From Vicugna vicugna (taxonomy: Eukaryota), in NCBI GenBank assembly GCA_013265495.1, contig MU057724.1, forward strand, positions 1,937,102 through 2,001,101: DNA of 64,000 bases. The letters run 5' to 3'. Below, one piece after another: positions 14,195 to 26,775 of this stretch. The position numbers were made by a program, and so were the translations under genes. Numbering within the stretch: position 1 is the first letter of the stretch; each line of letters begins with the position of its first letter. Below the pieces are notes generated by a model, which saw only the letters and a program-made list of their open reading frames with translations, was not told the DNA's origin and did no database searches.

Positions 14195-14375
14195 TGGGGG
14201 TGGCAGTGGTGGCCCTAGAGGTCATAAAAGGGTGGTGGGGACGGAGGTGGAGGTGATCAAGCGGGTGATGGGAGTGGAGGTGGCAAAGTGGGCGGCAGAG
14301 GTGGTGAAGGGGCGGTGATGAAGTGGCTGGTGGTGATGGAGGTGGTGAACAGAGGGTCATGGGGTGATGGTGGCA
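14195..14375. repeat. Degenerate (GGT/GGA)n low-complexity tract
   Basis: ggtggaggtgat/ggtggtgatggaggtggtg motifs. Confidence 0.75.
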
Positions 14376-14757
14376 TAAAGGTGAGAGAAGGTGCTGGCGG
14401 GGATGAGGGGTTCACTCTGCCTGGAAAGGAGACCGTGTGACAGGAGGTTAGCCAGAGACGCCTTTTCAGAGGATATTGCCTTGTTGTGGAAGAAACCATT
14501 CTGACGCGGAATTAGCAGGCTTGATGGGACGGGAACCATCGGCCGTGGAGCTGACTCTGGGTGGGCGAAGCTCTGAGCAGACGATCGACCCTCCCGTGGG
14601 CCCCCAAACCCCACTTAATGTCCCCTCCCAAGGCCAGCTCTCTGCGCAACTCAGACGTCTAGTAAAATTGACTGCAGGACGGGGTGCTGGGGAGGAGGGC
14701 ACCGGCCTTCCATCCTGGCAGAAACCACAGTCACGGATGGAAACCGTACATCTTCAC

Positions 14758-15018
14758 TTTTTTAATTCTTATTTTTTATTGAAGTGTAGTTGATTTACAA
14801 TGTTAGTTTCAGGTGTACAGCAAAGCGATTCAGTTATACACACACACAGAGACATAAATACTTTCAGATTCTTTTCCGTGACATGTTATGACAAGATACT
14901 GACTACAGTTCCCTGTGCTGTACAGTAGGTCCTCATTGTTCATCTGTTTTGTGAACAGCAGCGTGTGTCTGTTAGTCCCAAGTCCTAATCTATCCCTTTT
15001 TCCCCGGTGGTTACCATA
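14758..15018 (-). mobile_element. Artiodactyl-type L1 3' end
   Basis: ttttattgaagtgtagttgatttacaatgttagtttcaggtgtacagcaaag...ccctgtgctgtacagtaggtcc, the antisense of the L1 3'UTR with T-tail. Confidence 0.9.
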
Positions 15019-16160
15019 TACCTTTAAATAGCACAGTCGTTTGATAATTAGTCTGGCCATCAGGAAACTCACACTGAGTTATGAGTCTCGATCACTATTA
15101 TCCCCTTGTGTGAGGGATGAAGGAACCTCCCCCTCATCTTCCCTCTCTTCTTCTCCCCTCCTTGGAAACTCTCCCTTCTTATAAATAATAGCCCTGTGTC
15201 GACCCAAGTTGAAAGCACCTCCGTTTTATTCTGCACACACGTTTCCACGACGGGTCCACCTCCATCCTGCCTAGAGGGGCGGGACGTTCACCCGCCGTCC
15301 CTTCACTCCAGCTTGAGTGGCTGACCTTTACCACCAAGTGTGCTCTCCAGGAACAGCCCAAAGGCACTGATTTCCCTAGTTCACGGAACTTTAAACAGGT
15401 TTGTTATGTGTCTTATACGAACAGCAGCTTGGCTGGGTGTTGAAGTCTCGAGTCCTGCCTCCCCTCCGAGCTCCCCTCGTTGCCTTTCCCCTGGGCCGTG
15501 CTGAGGAGACAGCCGTCTGAGACCAGCACGGCTTGACTTCTCCTCCTCCTCACCCTCTCTCTGCTGCAGGGAAGTTTTCCCCTATTTCGCACGTTGCAGT
15601 GTTCCAGTTTGGCCTCGGCGTTGCCAGTCCGCCCTTTCCATTTTATTTGGCCAAGTCTTCCTTCTCCTCTGCACTCCAAGGAACTGTTCCAGAGACCGCC
15701 TCCATCACCCACTTGGTTTTCGAGAAAGCTGCGCTCTCCTCTTGACTGTCCCCGTGCATGGACCAGCTCTGCCGTGGCATTGTTAGATCGCCGGTTTGTT
15801 TCCTTACCACCACCCTCTATTTCCACCAAATTAACTATGTATGTTTGTTCATCAGCTTGATGAGTATCTTGTTTCATTTAATAATGGCCCACGTTGTTTA
15901 ATTTTATTCAAAAAATCGAAATTATCTGTATTTGTGTCAAAATTACACACACGCACAATCTAGGAAGTCAGGGAGAGTTTCATTTAAAAACTACCCTCGT
16001 GTTCAGTGTTGCCCTCCTTTCGATTCTGCAACCTTCCCTTCTTCTAGTTAATTCTTGTTTTCACCTCCACACTTTAAAACACTGAGTTGATTCCAGTTTC
16101 GTTGATTAACTCTGGAAAGTCCACCTCGGATTTAAGATGACCCCCTTTTGCCCCACTCAC

Positions 16161-16312
16161 CCAGCACAGTCCCACCCCCTCCGCCAGGATAACACCACCG
16201 TGATTTTTCCCGGTGTGAGTGGTCAGAGCAGGCCTGCCGCAACGGCTGCTCCTTCAGTTGAGAAATTCAGGAGCTACAGCGGGTTTCTCCAATTATCCAA
16301 CTTTTCGTTTTC
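16161..16312 (-). other. Candidate exon (152 nt); phase-0 frame reads ENEKLDNWRNPL* (TAG 16276-16274)
   Basis: Acceptor tctgtgttgcttctccag|G, donor TGG|GTGAGT; all three frames contain stops. Confidence 0.4.
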
Positions 16313-17387
16313 CTGGAGAAGCAACACAGAACAGCAGCCGGCAGCACGGACTCCGTACACCACTCACAGCGCTGACGCTGGTCCAGCCACCTGCCCACCC
16401 GCACGACCTGCGTGGACGACGTGGACGACGGGGGCTCCCCCAGAGGCGAGCGGGCCAGACAAGGTCCCGGAGGTGACGTGCTCGGGGGGCGCCCACACCT
16501 CAGTCAGCCGTGATCGCCAGCTACTGTCAGAGATGCATTTACGGAGCGGCCCAAGGCCCCTCCAGACCCAGGAAGGGTCCTGACGGCATCAGCTGGTGCG
16601 ATTTTGCAAAACTTGAAAAAAATGAGGTAGTTTAACCAAAACTGATGGAGGCCATCGTCTCCATTGCACCAATGTCCCTCTCACCACCCCTCGGGTGAGC
16701 ACTCTTATCTTGCTATAGTGACTTCCTTAATTTCCAGCAGTTCTTTTGTTCTCTAAATGTCTTTCCACAATTGTATGTCCTTGGAAATATTAGTAACAGA
16801 CCATTGTTACACTTTTCATCCTCTTTATTATTTCCACTTCCCCCGGGGTGCTGCTCCGTCAGCGGTTGGCCTGGAGGCTCCCGGGTCTCCGGTCCTCCCG
16901 GGTCAGCCCGTGTTAAGAGCGAGGGCGTGGGGCTCGTTAACCGCGGGCTGTGCGGGCGGCCGGTCCTCCTGTGCCAGAATCTTCAGCATCTTTCCTCCCT
17001 GGCCAGTCCCAGTCCCAGGGACATTTTTCCTGCTGTTTTCCCAGATGTCAAAGGCCTGGCTGCGGGTGTGGTGGGAGCAAGGTGAGGGGAGACGGTGGGC
17101 ATGGAGCCTCGGCCTCCAGAGGCGCATGTTCAGCTGACCTGCTGACCTCAGGTGTGTCAGCTCGGGCACCGGGCCCTGCAGGACAGAGCACCCCTGTGTT
17201 ACTGACTCCGGAAAGTGAATCCGTGTCTCGGACTGCACAGCGTGAAGCAGGGAAAACCCTGCTGATGTGGACTTGCGATCAAACAGACCCCTTATTCCGG
17301 CTGCCCCTTCGCACTCCACCGTAACTTTACCAAGGGCCCTGAGGCCCTGAGCCCCTAGGGGATTTTGTCCTTACATTAGCTCCCCCG

Positions 17388-17503
17388 TTATTTCATTTGT
17401 TTATTTTCTATTGAAGTCGAGTCAGTTGACAATGCTGTGTCAATTTCTGGTGCACAGCACAGTGTCTCAGTCATACATGGACGCACACATATTCCTTTCC
17501 ATT
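17388..17503 (-). mobile_element. Short camelid-type L1 3' end
   Basis: tattgaagtcgagtcagttgacaatgctgtgtcaatttctggtgcacagcac is the reverse complement of the L1 terminus seen at 38080-38130 and 49650-49700. Confidence 0.85.
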
Positions 17504-18085
17504 TCGGGTTCAATGCTTCACCTGCAGGTGTAGGATTGACCCTTGGGTGAAACCTGTTCCACCATGTACCTCTCATCAAACTTTATCCTAGCTTCCAAAA
17601 TTTTTTAAATTCTCTTCATTCTTTCTGGGGAGACGCTGGAGGACACAAGAATAGATATATGTGTGCAACCGGCCATCCTGGCCTGGAAACCTCCAGAGCA
17701 GGTTTCGGGAACACAGCCTCTCCTGCACGTCACCAGCCATCCGCTCCCCTCCCCCGGCCCTCCTGCCTGCCCTCCTTCTCACTCTTTTTTTCTTGTTTCT
17801 GTGATGCTTTGCTTGGCTGTCACAGCATTTCCTTTCATTTATGCTAATGTAACCTGTGCAATTTTGTCAAGATGAAAATTTTGTCTTTCTAAGATGGTCT
17901 GGACAGACTCCCCTGGACTTACCTGCACCCTGCCGTCCCTGACACCCACCCCCTGCTCCTCGGAGGTTTCACAGCTGGTTACGTCTTATTGCAGAAGCAT
18001 CAGGAGGGGGTGGAAGGAGCTGTCCTGAGGTTGGGCGTGTGTGGCTGGTGGGCTAGGATTCCACACCTAAAAATCCTGGATCATG

Positions 18086-18634
18086 TAACAGCACCATTTA
18101 CAACAGCCTAGACATGGAAACAACCCAAATGTCCATTGACAGATGACTGGATAAAGAAGATGCAACACACACACACAATGGAATACTACTCAGCCATAAA
18201 AATGAAATGTCATTTGCAGCAACATGGATAGACCTAGAGATGATCATACTCAATGAAGTAAGTTAGAAAGAGAAAGAAAAACATCATATGATGTCACTCA
18301 GATGTGGAATCTAATACAAAAAAAAAAAAGAAGAGACTAATGAACTTGCCTACCAAACAGAAACAGACTCACAGACATAGAAAACAAAGTTACAGTTACC
18401 AAAGGGGAAAGTGGGGGAGAGGGATAACTTGGGAGAAACTACTATACATAAAATAGATACACAATGGGGTCCTACTGTACAGCACAGGGAACTATATTCA
18501 ATACCTTGTAATAGCTTATAATGAAAAAGAACATATATATGTATACATATACATGCATGTGTAACTGAATCACTGTGCTGTGCACAAGAAACTAACACAA
18601 CGCTGGAAATCAGCAACACTTCAACTTAAAAAAA
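18086..18634 (+). mobile_element. 5'-truncated L1 (ORF2 end plus 3'UTR)
   Basis: gacatggaaacaacccaaatgtccattgacagatgactggataaagaagatg...cagcacagggaactatattcaatacc...acttcaacttaaaaaaa. Confidence 0.92.
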
Positions 18635-18644
18635 TCAGACACAA

Positions 18645-19395
18645 AACAGAATCTTCACATAGTCTCAAGGCACCTCCCCAGGAGGTATTAACACTTCAAA
18701 AAGGAAAAATGGTAACCATGCCGTGAAGAACGCCTTGCCCAATCGGACAAACCAGTAAGGAGGCCAAGCAGCCCCCAGGCCTCCTGACACAACACACGGA
18801 GGAGAACACGGTGTCCCTCCCGCGGTCTTCCTGCCAAACGGACGTCTTGAATCAGATCATGAGGCGGCGTCACACAAACCCAAACCGAGCATGTTTTACC
18901 CAGTAACTGGCCTCTGCTCTTCAAACGTGGCAGGGTCATGGGAGAGAAGGACTGAGAGTGTTCCTGATGAAAAGAAACCAAGGACCCGGGACAGTTTAAC
19001 ATGATGCATAACCCTGGGTGGATCCTGCACAAATTTTTTTTTTTTGCCATAATGGACATTGTTGGGACAACTGGCATGTTTTGAACAAAGCGTGCAGACT
19101 GGATCGCTGTTAGCTGCCTGACTTTGACCTTGCATTGCAGGAAGGTCAGATACGTCCCCGTGTTTTGGAATACACGTTATGGTGGCCAGCAGACAGTGGG
19201 GGGAGTCATGTCTAGATCTTATCGAACGTTTCATGAAAAATAATACGTAAGTGTGTGCGTGGCCACGTACGCAGAAATACAGGAAGAGAGGAGGCAGATT
19301 TGGTAAAACGTTCACAACTGGGGAATCCTGGTGCACGGTATACAGGAAGTCTTTATACGCACAACTATTTCTGAGTTTGAAGTTATTTCTAAGTA
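18645..19395 (+). mobile_element. Ancient L1MC/MD-like 3'UTR fragment
   Basis: ctcttcaaacgtggcagggtcatg...ccctgggtggatcctg...ggacattgttgggacaactggc...caactatttctgagtttgaagttatttctaa. Confidence 0.7.
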
Positions 19396-19469
19396 AGAAG
19401 GCTGGAAATGTCAGCAGGGCAGCGCGGCCTCCTTAGGGACAGGTCTGTGCCCACGGCCGTCGAGAGGAC

Positions 19470-19630
19470 AGCGGCGCCCTGGGGTTCAAACCCAGTTCCA
19501 GCCCCTCAGTAGTTTTATGGTCTTGAAAATTTTCCTTCCTTCTCTAAGAGCCTCGGTCCCATCGCTTGCACGACGCAGATGATAATGACAACCTTCAAGG
19601 GCTCTTGAGAGAATGAAATGAAGTGACACA
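19470..19630 (+). mobile_element. MIR SINE
   Basis: ggggttcaaacccagttccagcccctcagtag...tctctaagagcctcggtccc...gataatgacaaccttcaagggctcttgagagaatgaaatga. Confidence 0.65.
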
Positions 19631-22600
19631 CAGAGACGAGACGCACGCCCGACGCAGGACAGGGCGCGGGGCGCTGCGGAAAGAACGGCTGGCGGCCCCG
19701 GGAGAACGGAAGGCACTGAGGCGTTTGCCGCCCGGGCAGCGAGCAGCCCGCGGGTTGCCTCTCTGGTTTCACCGCAGCCGAACATCGAACAGACACTGAG
19801 CAGCTGACGCGAGGGATGCCGAGGGGCGGAGGAAGGGAAGGCGGAACAGGGAGTGGCTCCTGCAACCGGGCACCCCGTTCTCCTGCACCAGGTCAGCGGA
19901 CGAGACCTGGGAAGAGACGGCAAACGACGCCCATTCTTCCCCACGCTGTCCCTCTAAGCATTTTGAGAACCTTAACCCCAACTCATCCTTTTATATTTCT
20001 ACTTCTATTTTCTATCAAGATAAGAATATCAACTTATGTTTAATGTTTAACCAAAATGCTAGTTAAAAACAAAACAAACTCAATCCTATGGATATATTTT
20101 AAGGCTCAGACACTTTTCTATAAAAAGATGGCATCTAAATATACACATATTTAAAAAAAAAAAAACAGTCCTTTAGCATCTTCCAAGCAACTTGCCACCC
20201 GTAGCTTTAAGTCGCCTGTTCCAGAGCCGGGCACTGTTTTAACCAGGTGCTACGTTACGGCCTCAGAACCATAACTGTGCTTATGCCCCTTGAACACGTG
20301 GATGGAAGGGAACGTTTGCTCAAGTTTCCCATCAGTGAATGCAGAGCTTAGGCTAGTCTCTGGCTTGTACAAACACCATGCTTATTAATTCAGAATATTC
20401 ATTCGGTTATTGAAACACTAAGACAAAGCCGCACAGTGCGAGCCGACTCTCTATTGCACATATTAGCTTTGCACAAAACCCTCCGGCTCTGGAGTAAGTG
20501 TCCAGGATTCGCCTGCCTCTTTGAATTTTTTAAACCACGATTTACGTATCAAACCTTTATCACCAATGCTCACCAACAGCAGAGACTCCAAATTATCAAA
20601 AGAAGTCCATCCTGATTAAGAACTCTCCAGCTGGATTTCAGCGTAGGAAATTCTAAAACTGCCTGTGCGCCGCCCGGTCCGCGCCAGGAGCCACAGCATC
20701 CTTTAATTAAAAGCCAGCGATATGACTCATACCACCTGTTTCATTGATTCTGCTCTATTCCTATTTTGGTCAGCATTCTCTGCCGAGGATTTAAACTTTC
20801 CTGAAAACAAACAGCAAATATTTATTCAAATTGATTACTATTATTTCACGCCCTGAGAGCTACATGTCCTACTATAAAGTTACATCTATTGCCGTTAATT
20901 TTGACAAGCCAAGGATTATGCAGAGTGACAATCACAGCGGGAACTGTAGCCGGTAGAGGGGCTGGTAGCTAAAGCAACTATGAACGTTACTAAATACATA
21001 CACTTTCCTATTCTGTGCATGCCTATTACAGTCACACATCCTCATCAAAATTTCTTCTCGGCCCTTTAGATTTTTTAAAAATTTTCTTACTCAGACACAT
21101 TTTAATGGGATGCTCACATCCCAGTGAGTGTATCAGACAACGTATAACAAACACAGGGAGAGAGGTGGGGAGGGAGGGGGAGGGGAGGGGTGGGCGCTCC
21201 GCCCTCATGGCCGGGTCTGGACGACAGATGATTAATTGCCCGGCTCTCTAGACTCTGAGTGCAACGTGGAGCCAATAGGGAGACGGTGGCAGAAGCCCCC
21301 ACTCGGACAGCAATCTGCTCCCACTTAGAGGGTTCCGCTGGTGCGATCCGCAGGCTGCATGTCCCGCTGCCACATTTGTCACTCAACCCAGGCACTCGTC
21401 AATCCGTGGTGAGGACCAGAGCCAGGGTAAAGAAAAAAAGAGAAAAATTCTAACTGCACTGTCTGCCCAGATGAGGTGAAATGTTTTATTTGAAACAAAA
21501 CACAGACTGTGACCAACATGCAGCAGAGGAGGCGTCACTGACCACAGGGTCAGTGGCTCCGATTTCTCCCCTCCCTTCTGCTCTTCAGAAACAATTCTGG
21601 GGTGGAAATAGCACAGTGGAACAAGGCTCTCTCCTCGTGGCTTCACAATGGGTCTGAGTCAGTGGTTATGAGAGCCACCAGGGTCCCGAGATGCCACTCA
21701 GACCAGCAGTGGTGGCTTCAGGGGCCGGCAATCTGCCCCTGAAGGTGTTCTGTTGGGGGGGGGGGACATAGGGTAAGAGACTGGGAGTTCACTCTCAGGA
21801 GTCTGCCCGGGGGCCGTGAGGAGGAGAGAAGGACCTCCCAGGACACTGGGCAGTGACTGTGGCCCACCCACCCCCGAATTAAAACAAGAGCTTCATGACA
21901 TGAACCCGCAGCAGCGGCTGAAGTCCTAACACCCAGGGGGATGGCTCCGTGTGAAATCCACCCACCCCTTCCCCGGACCACTCACACCAGCCCCTTGCAC
22001 GGAGTCTGTGGTGTCCCTCCTGCTACGCTCATGACTCACAGCGGGAAGCGAAGTGTCGGGGAGTTCAAGGGCACTTTGACTGGGACCAGATGAACGGCTG
22101 CGGTTGCCCGGGAAACCTCTGAGGACAACAGTATCTGGTACACCAAATATCTGAAGTCAACATGAGCCCGAGTCACTTATAGGCAAACCCAAGAGACCTG
22201 ACGGCACGAGCGGGACACCTGGCTTGCGGGAGTCTCTCCGAGTTGCTATGTGCTCGTGAACTTGGGGTCCTAATTAGCCAGTAGGAACGACCATCTTCAA
22301 TGCCGACTTTCAGACTACAGGAGGAAATTCGGCACAAGGGCGTTTGGAGTCCCTGAACACGTGTGCCCTGACCACGAAACGCGGGTGTTTATCGTGACCT
22401 CTGAGGAAACAGGACATACAGTTGTCCCTCCGGGTTCTCCAGGACTCTGTTCCAATCTGGTCCGTCTTATTCCCTCCAAAACGTACGTCAAGTGTTGACT
22501 ATTACTACATGTGGGGTTTTTTTAGAACATAAAATGTTTGCTGTAGTAATTTTGATGAGAAAAAATTTAACAAGTAAAACAGTGTGTGATCATTTACATC

Positions 22601-24008
22601 CAGGACGTGCGGAGTTAATGGAAACCTTTCTAAAGCTGCATTTTCCTTCAAAAGCTGAGTTTGGTAGGGGCTGTTCCATGAATCTGAATTATGATTTTTT
22701 TCAATGTTTTTCAACAGAAAAATCACTCTGAGTAGCTTTATGATGAAAACATGTGCACACTGCTGGTATCTGCATTCACAGAGCCTTTTGTCACAAAACA
22801 CATCACAGTGAGATCACAGTGCAGACACCTCGGACGAGGAAATCAAGTTTTGTCCTCACACCCCAACACCTCCATGGGAGTTATTTAGAGATTAGGGTGT
22901 TGGGGCCTTTTGGCATTTTATTTAGAGGTGTGTGAGTTCGGTGGAGGCTGCTGTCCAAAAAGTGCTACCTTCATGCAGACGTTCTCACTTCAGGTGTGCA
23001 GGCAGCTGCTGGGAAACGCTTCTGGGTTCGCTGCTCTGCGCTGCCCTCTGCCGGCGGCCTCCTGCAAATGGTTTCAGGACACAAGCCGGTACCACCCGCA
23101 TCTCCACCCGAGTTCATCAATGCGCCGCTTAAGGGGCCCTGTTTCTGATGCGGTGATGTACAAAGCTGAATTTTAATTTAAAATGTTTAAAGAAATAATT
23201 CAGGTAAATTTTGTTTAATTTCAGGATCTTTGAATTTAGTTTCTGTGGCAGGTTGAAGGTGAAACTTTTCCCCAGAGAATTTACACAATCACAAAAAGCA
23301 TGCTAACAGCAAACTAAGGACACTATTTCATCTGAAAAAAAAAGGTTATCAAGTTGGTAATGAAAACAATAGGTTACTCTGAACTTATTTAATTGAGGAT
23401 GGCTTTATGAGGAATGTCATCATTCTTTTTTATCTCAACTGCGCCACCATGACTTACAAGAGAATCACCTCTTTTGCATTACTCACTCTAAAGTTGACCT
23501 AACAGGGCCATTCCAAGTAATCTGACAGCAGTTTATCTGAAACAGTTAGAAAGATCAAGGCTCCAAGGTGCATACAGCAGATGTATCTCACCAGTTACTC
23601 GAAAATCATAAGCTTGACCCAAGTCAGAACGCCTGCAATCATAATTTCTACTTGAGTTACAACTGCTTTACTTTACCCACAATCATGAGACAGAAAACCG
23701 ACAAAAATGACCTTAGAACCAAGGGCTTGACCTCTAAGCCTGCTGCAAAGACCATCTTGTTACAGTGCTAATGTTATGTGTATATAACCCGTCAGCAAGT
23801 AACAGTGTTACCCATGCTTTGCTTCAGAAACTCATCCAGGAGTCCAAGTACCATGAACTGACCCATGCAATCTTTATCCCTTTGAATTTCGTTCAAAGCA
23901 CTCATGCCAGAGTTCTAAATGGTGTTCACTTCTAGGGACCAAAATTAGCTGGGAATTTTTTTTAAAAGATTTTATCACTCAGGGGAAGACCCATAAATTT
24001 TGATTCCT

Positions 24009-24088
24009 TGGCGCCTGAACTCAGCAAAGGAAACCTACAGAGTGTGAATGGCGCCTGAACTCAGGAAAGGAAACCTACAGAGTGTGAA
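24009..24088. repeat. Tandem duplication, 2 x 40 nt
   Basis: tggcgcctgaactcagSaaaggaaacctacagagtgtgaa twice, one mismatch (c24025/g24065). Confidence 0.97.
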
Positions 24089-24598
24089 TAGTGCAGGTCT
24101 CACATAGCAACAAAGTAACGGCTCCAGCAAGCAATGTGTCTTCATGTTTGATGCTTATTATGGGTAAGCAACAGATGCACTTCTCATCTGAGCACCATAA
24201 AAGTGATTTTTTAAGAATCCTAAATAGAAAATGAGTCAGTCCCTGTGCAAATATAAACCCAAAAGAAATTCCATACTGTACGAGTAACATTTGCAGCGTT
24301 AAACACATGGATGTTTTAGTGGGAGACGTGCCTGCGGAGCACAGCCCCTCACGTCCCGGCACCCCGCGCACATGTGCTCTGAGGCTCTCCAACCGGCCCT
24401 GGAAACTCCGACGGTCACAGTGGACCAGAGCCACTTGCCCACACCCATCCCCGTGAGAGGGAGGGGCAGAAGCTGGACCCTTCTCGCTGCCCACCCCCCC
24501 ATCCATCCTGCTTCAGTGCTTTGTGTTTTATTCCCAAAGTCCAACCCATGAAGTAACCTGAATCTACTTTTTACAACATTGTTTTTTCTTACCTTTAC

Positions 24599-24717
24599 CT
24601 GGAGAATCTCTACAGATGCGTGGAAAGATCTCTCTTCCGGGATATATTCCAAAACGCTCTTATGCTGCTCCTCTTGGGGTGTCTCCACTCTGCCCCATTC
24701 AGGAAGGGGATGACTTT
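24599..24717 (-). other. Strong candidate internal exon (119 nt, phase 1 to 0): ESHPLPEWGRVETPQEEQHKSVLEYIPEERSFHASVEILQ
   Basis: Long polypyrimidine acceptor (c/t run ending cctcctgtag|); tandem donors CAG|GTAAAG and AAG|GTAAGA 6 nt apart; only one frame open; product not recognised. Confidence 0.5.
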
Positions 24718-25129
24718 CTACAGGAGGAAAAAAAGGGTGCCTATGAAAATGATCGTAACCACATGACTGACTTTCCATCAGATCTAAATAAATGCCAAAC
24801 CAACGTGCGCAGCACCTCGGGAAACTCTGTGAGGCACTGGTTTGGGGTTGGTGGCAGAAACCTTCTCTCCTCCTGTAGCTTTGTTAGGAGCTCTGTTTTC
24901 CAAGATGGAAAACAAGTCCCGGTTATCTCAGTGATGTTTGCTCCTTACCTCTAGCGTTCCCAGGAGGTCACATTCTGTTAAAAACATCCTGCCCTTCTCC
25001 CCACAGAAAAGTTCCATGGAATTAGGGCGCGGAAGCGCTGCAACTTGCTAACTTTGCTGTCGGTTATTTACCACCCGCACAAAGAAAATGCTGTCTATTC
25101 AGAACTCATTTCAAAACTCTTTTCACTGC

Positions 25130-26230
25130 GGGCGAGCGAACAAGCGGGCTGATGTCCGAGCGGCCGTCACACCCCCGGCGCCGCGTGGCACGGCCGCCGC
25201 CTCCTACAAGGACCTGTTGTGAGCAGTGGGCGGGGCGGGGCGGGACGGGGGGCTTCTCTGCTCCCCCCAAGTTTCTCGCCTGTGGGCTCCCAGCTTGTCA
25301 GGAGGGGGCCCTTGCCCCCGGCCGCAAAGGCAGAACCTGGTGCCCAGGCCTGGGGCCGAGGCCTCCGGGCAGGTTATTTAAACCCCGTGGGGTTTGGTTT
25401 CCTTTGTTTCCTGCCCACGGTGACCGCGTCCAGCCCGTCTCCTTAGGCCTGAGTCCAGGTCACCCCCGTGGAGGCCGCCACCGCGCCCGGACCAGAGGCC
25501 GGCGGGACTGCAGCAAGTCGGCCCGCGGGTGCTGCCCGGCCCAGACCGCGCCCCGGTCCCCCGCGTCCCCTCTGCCGCAGGACGTGCCCGGAAGCCCCCT
25601 CTAGGCTCATGGCTCTCCCCGGTCCAGTTGTGTAGAAGATGATTAGAGAGAGCGGGTCGAGGGGGCCAGGGACAGACCCCTGCGCACACTCTGCGGGGCT
25701 GGGGCTGGGGCTGGGGGCGCTGCCCCCCAACCACAGGTCTGGGCGGAGGGGGCTTCGGGCACGTCCCCCGCAGTTGTGGGATAGGAGCGGGCCCCGGAAA
25801 GCCCTCTGCGCACCGGTCTGCCCAGAACCTGGCTGGGACGACGGAGGAGCCCACAAGCAGCTTTGGGGGCAGAGCTGGCGCGCAGGGATACTGGTGGCCA
25901 GGACCACACCTGCCTGGGTGCGTGGAGGACGAGTGAGAGCTCCCGGCCGGGATGCGTGTCCCCGGGGCTGCAGAAGGCATCTGTCCAACGGGCCCCCTAC
26001 AGGGAGGAGGCACCGGGGCAGGAAGAAGCTGGAGGGGGACCACAGGACAGCCAGGGCTGAGGAAGGCACGTCCAGGGGTGACCCGAGGGCAATGAGACGC
26101 ATCCACGCCGGGACCAAGGAGACTGCAAGAATAAGGGGCCTTGCTGCCCGGAGCTTCCAAAGATTAGCGCCCTGGCAAGTCCAACCAGCCACGTGAGAAA
26201 GGGCTGGGGCGCTTACCGCTCATGCCCCCA
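25130..26230. promoter_or_regulatory. CpG-island-like region with stacked GC boxes; possible alternative promoter/first exon
   Basis: High CpG density; gggcggggcggggcggg at ~25228-25244; minus-strand ATG-AGC-G|GTAAGC donor at 26223-26217. Confidence 0.5.
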
Positions 26231-26293
26231 GCACACACACTCGCACACGCTCACACACACGCATACGCATGCACACGCACGCGCACGCACGTG
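26231..26293. repeat. Imperfect (CA/CG)n alternating purine-pyrimidine tract
   Basis: gcacacacactcgcacacgctcacacacacgcatacgcatgcacacgcacgcgcacgcacgtg. Confidence 0.85.
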
Positions 26294-26684
26294 GCACTAC
26301 CACAGTGGCAGGGCTCCGTGAGATGTGGAAGGAGCAGGAGTGACAGAGCAGGAGCCCAGTCCCGCAGCAGGTGGAGAGGCCCCAGGAGGAGACTGGACGG
26401 TGTCCAGCGAGGTCCAGGCCCACGTGCGACTGGTGCCTGGACCAGACAAGCCACGTGCTCAACCGAGGCTGCTCCCACGCCTCTGACGACCCGAGGGGCG
26501 TTTGCATCACCTGAGAAGGAGCAGCAGAGCCGGGGACCAGCTGGCTTTTATCCAAGGGGTGAGGTCATTGGTCCCACTGAACAAAGTTGACATCAACGGG
26601 GGAAAGCGTGCCTTATATTTTGATTCTGTCAAGGACAGTGCTTTTTCAACGAATCGTTACTTAAGTGGCACATGATAAACTCCC

Positions 26685-26775
26685 CTGGCAGATTAGAAGC
26701 TCCAGGAATCAGGGACCCTGTGTTTTATGCTCCTGGAGGTTCCCCGGAGTCTAACACAGCACCCGGGCCCGTGGC
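26685..26775 (+). mobile_element. L2 3' fragment
   Basis: agattagaagctccaggaatcagggaccctgtgttttatgctc...tccccggagtctaacacagcacc matches the L2 3' core. Confidence 0.5.

Noticed and set aside
24009..24060. tggcgcctgaac resembling the retroviral tRNA-Lys3 primer-binding site
   Set aside because: Similarity stops after 12 nt, with no upstream LTR and no gag-like sequence
25378..26196. Long overlapping ORFs (260, 249, 185 aa)
   Set aside because: Pro/Gly/Arg/Ala-rich, open on both strands in a CpG island where stops are depleted; no recognisable domain
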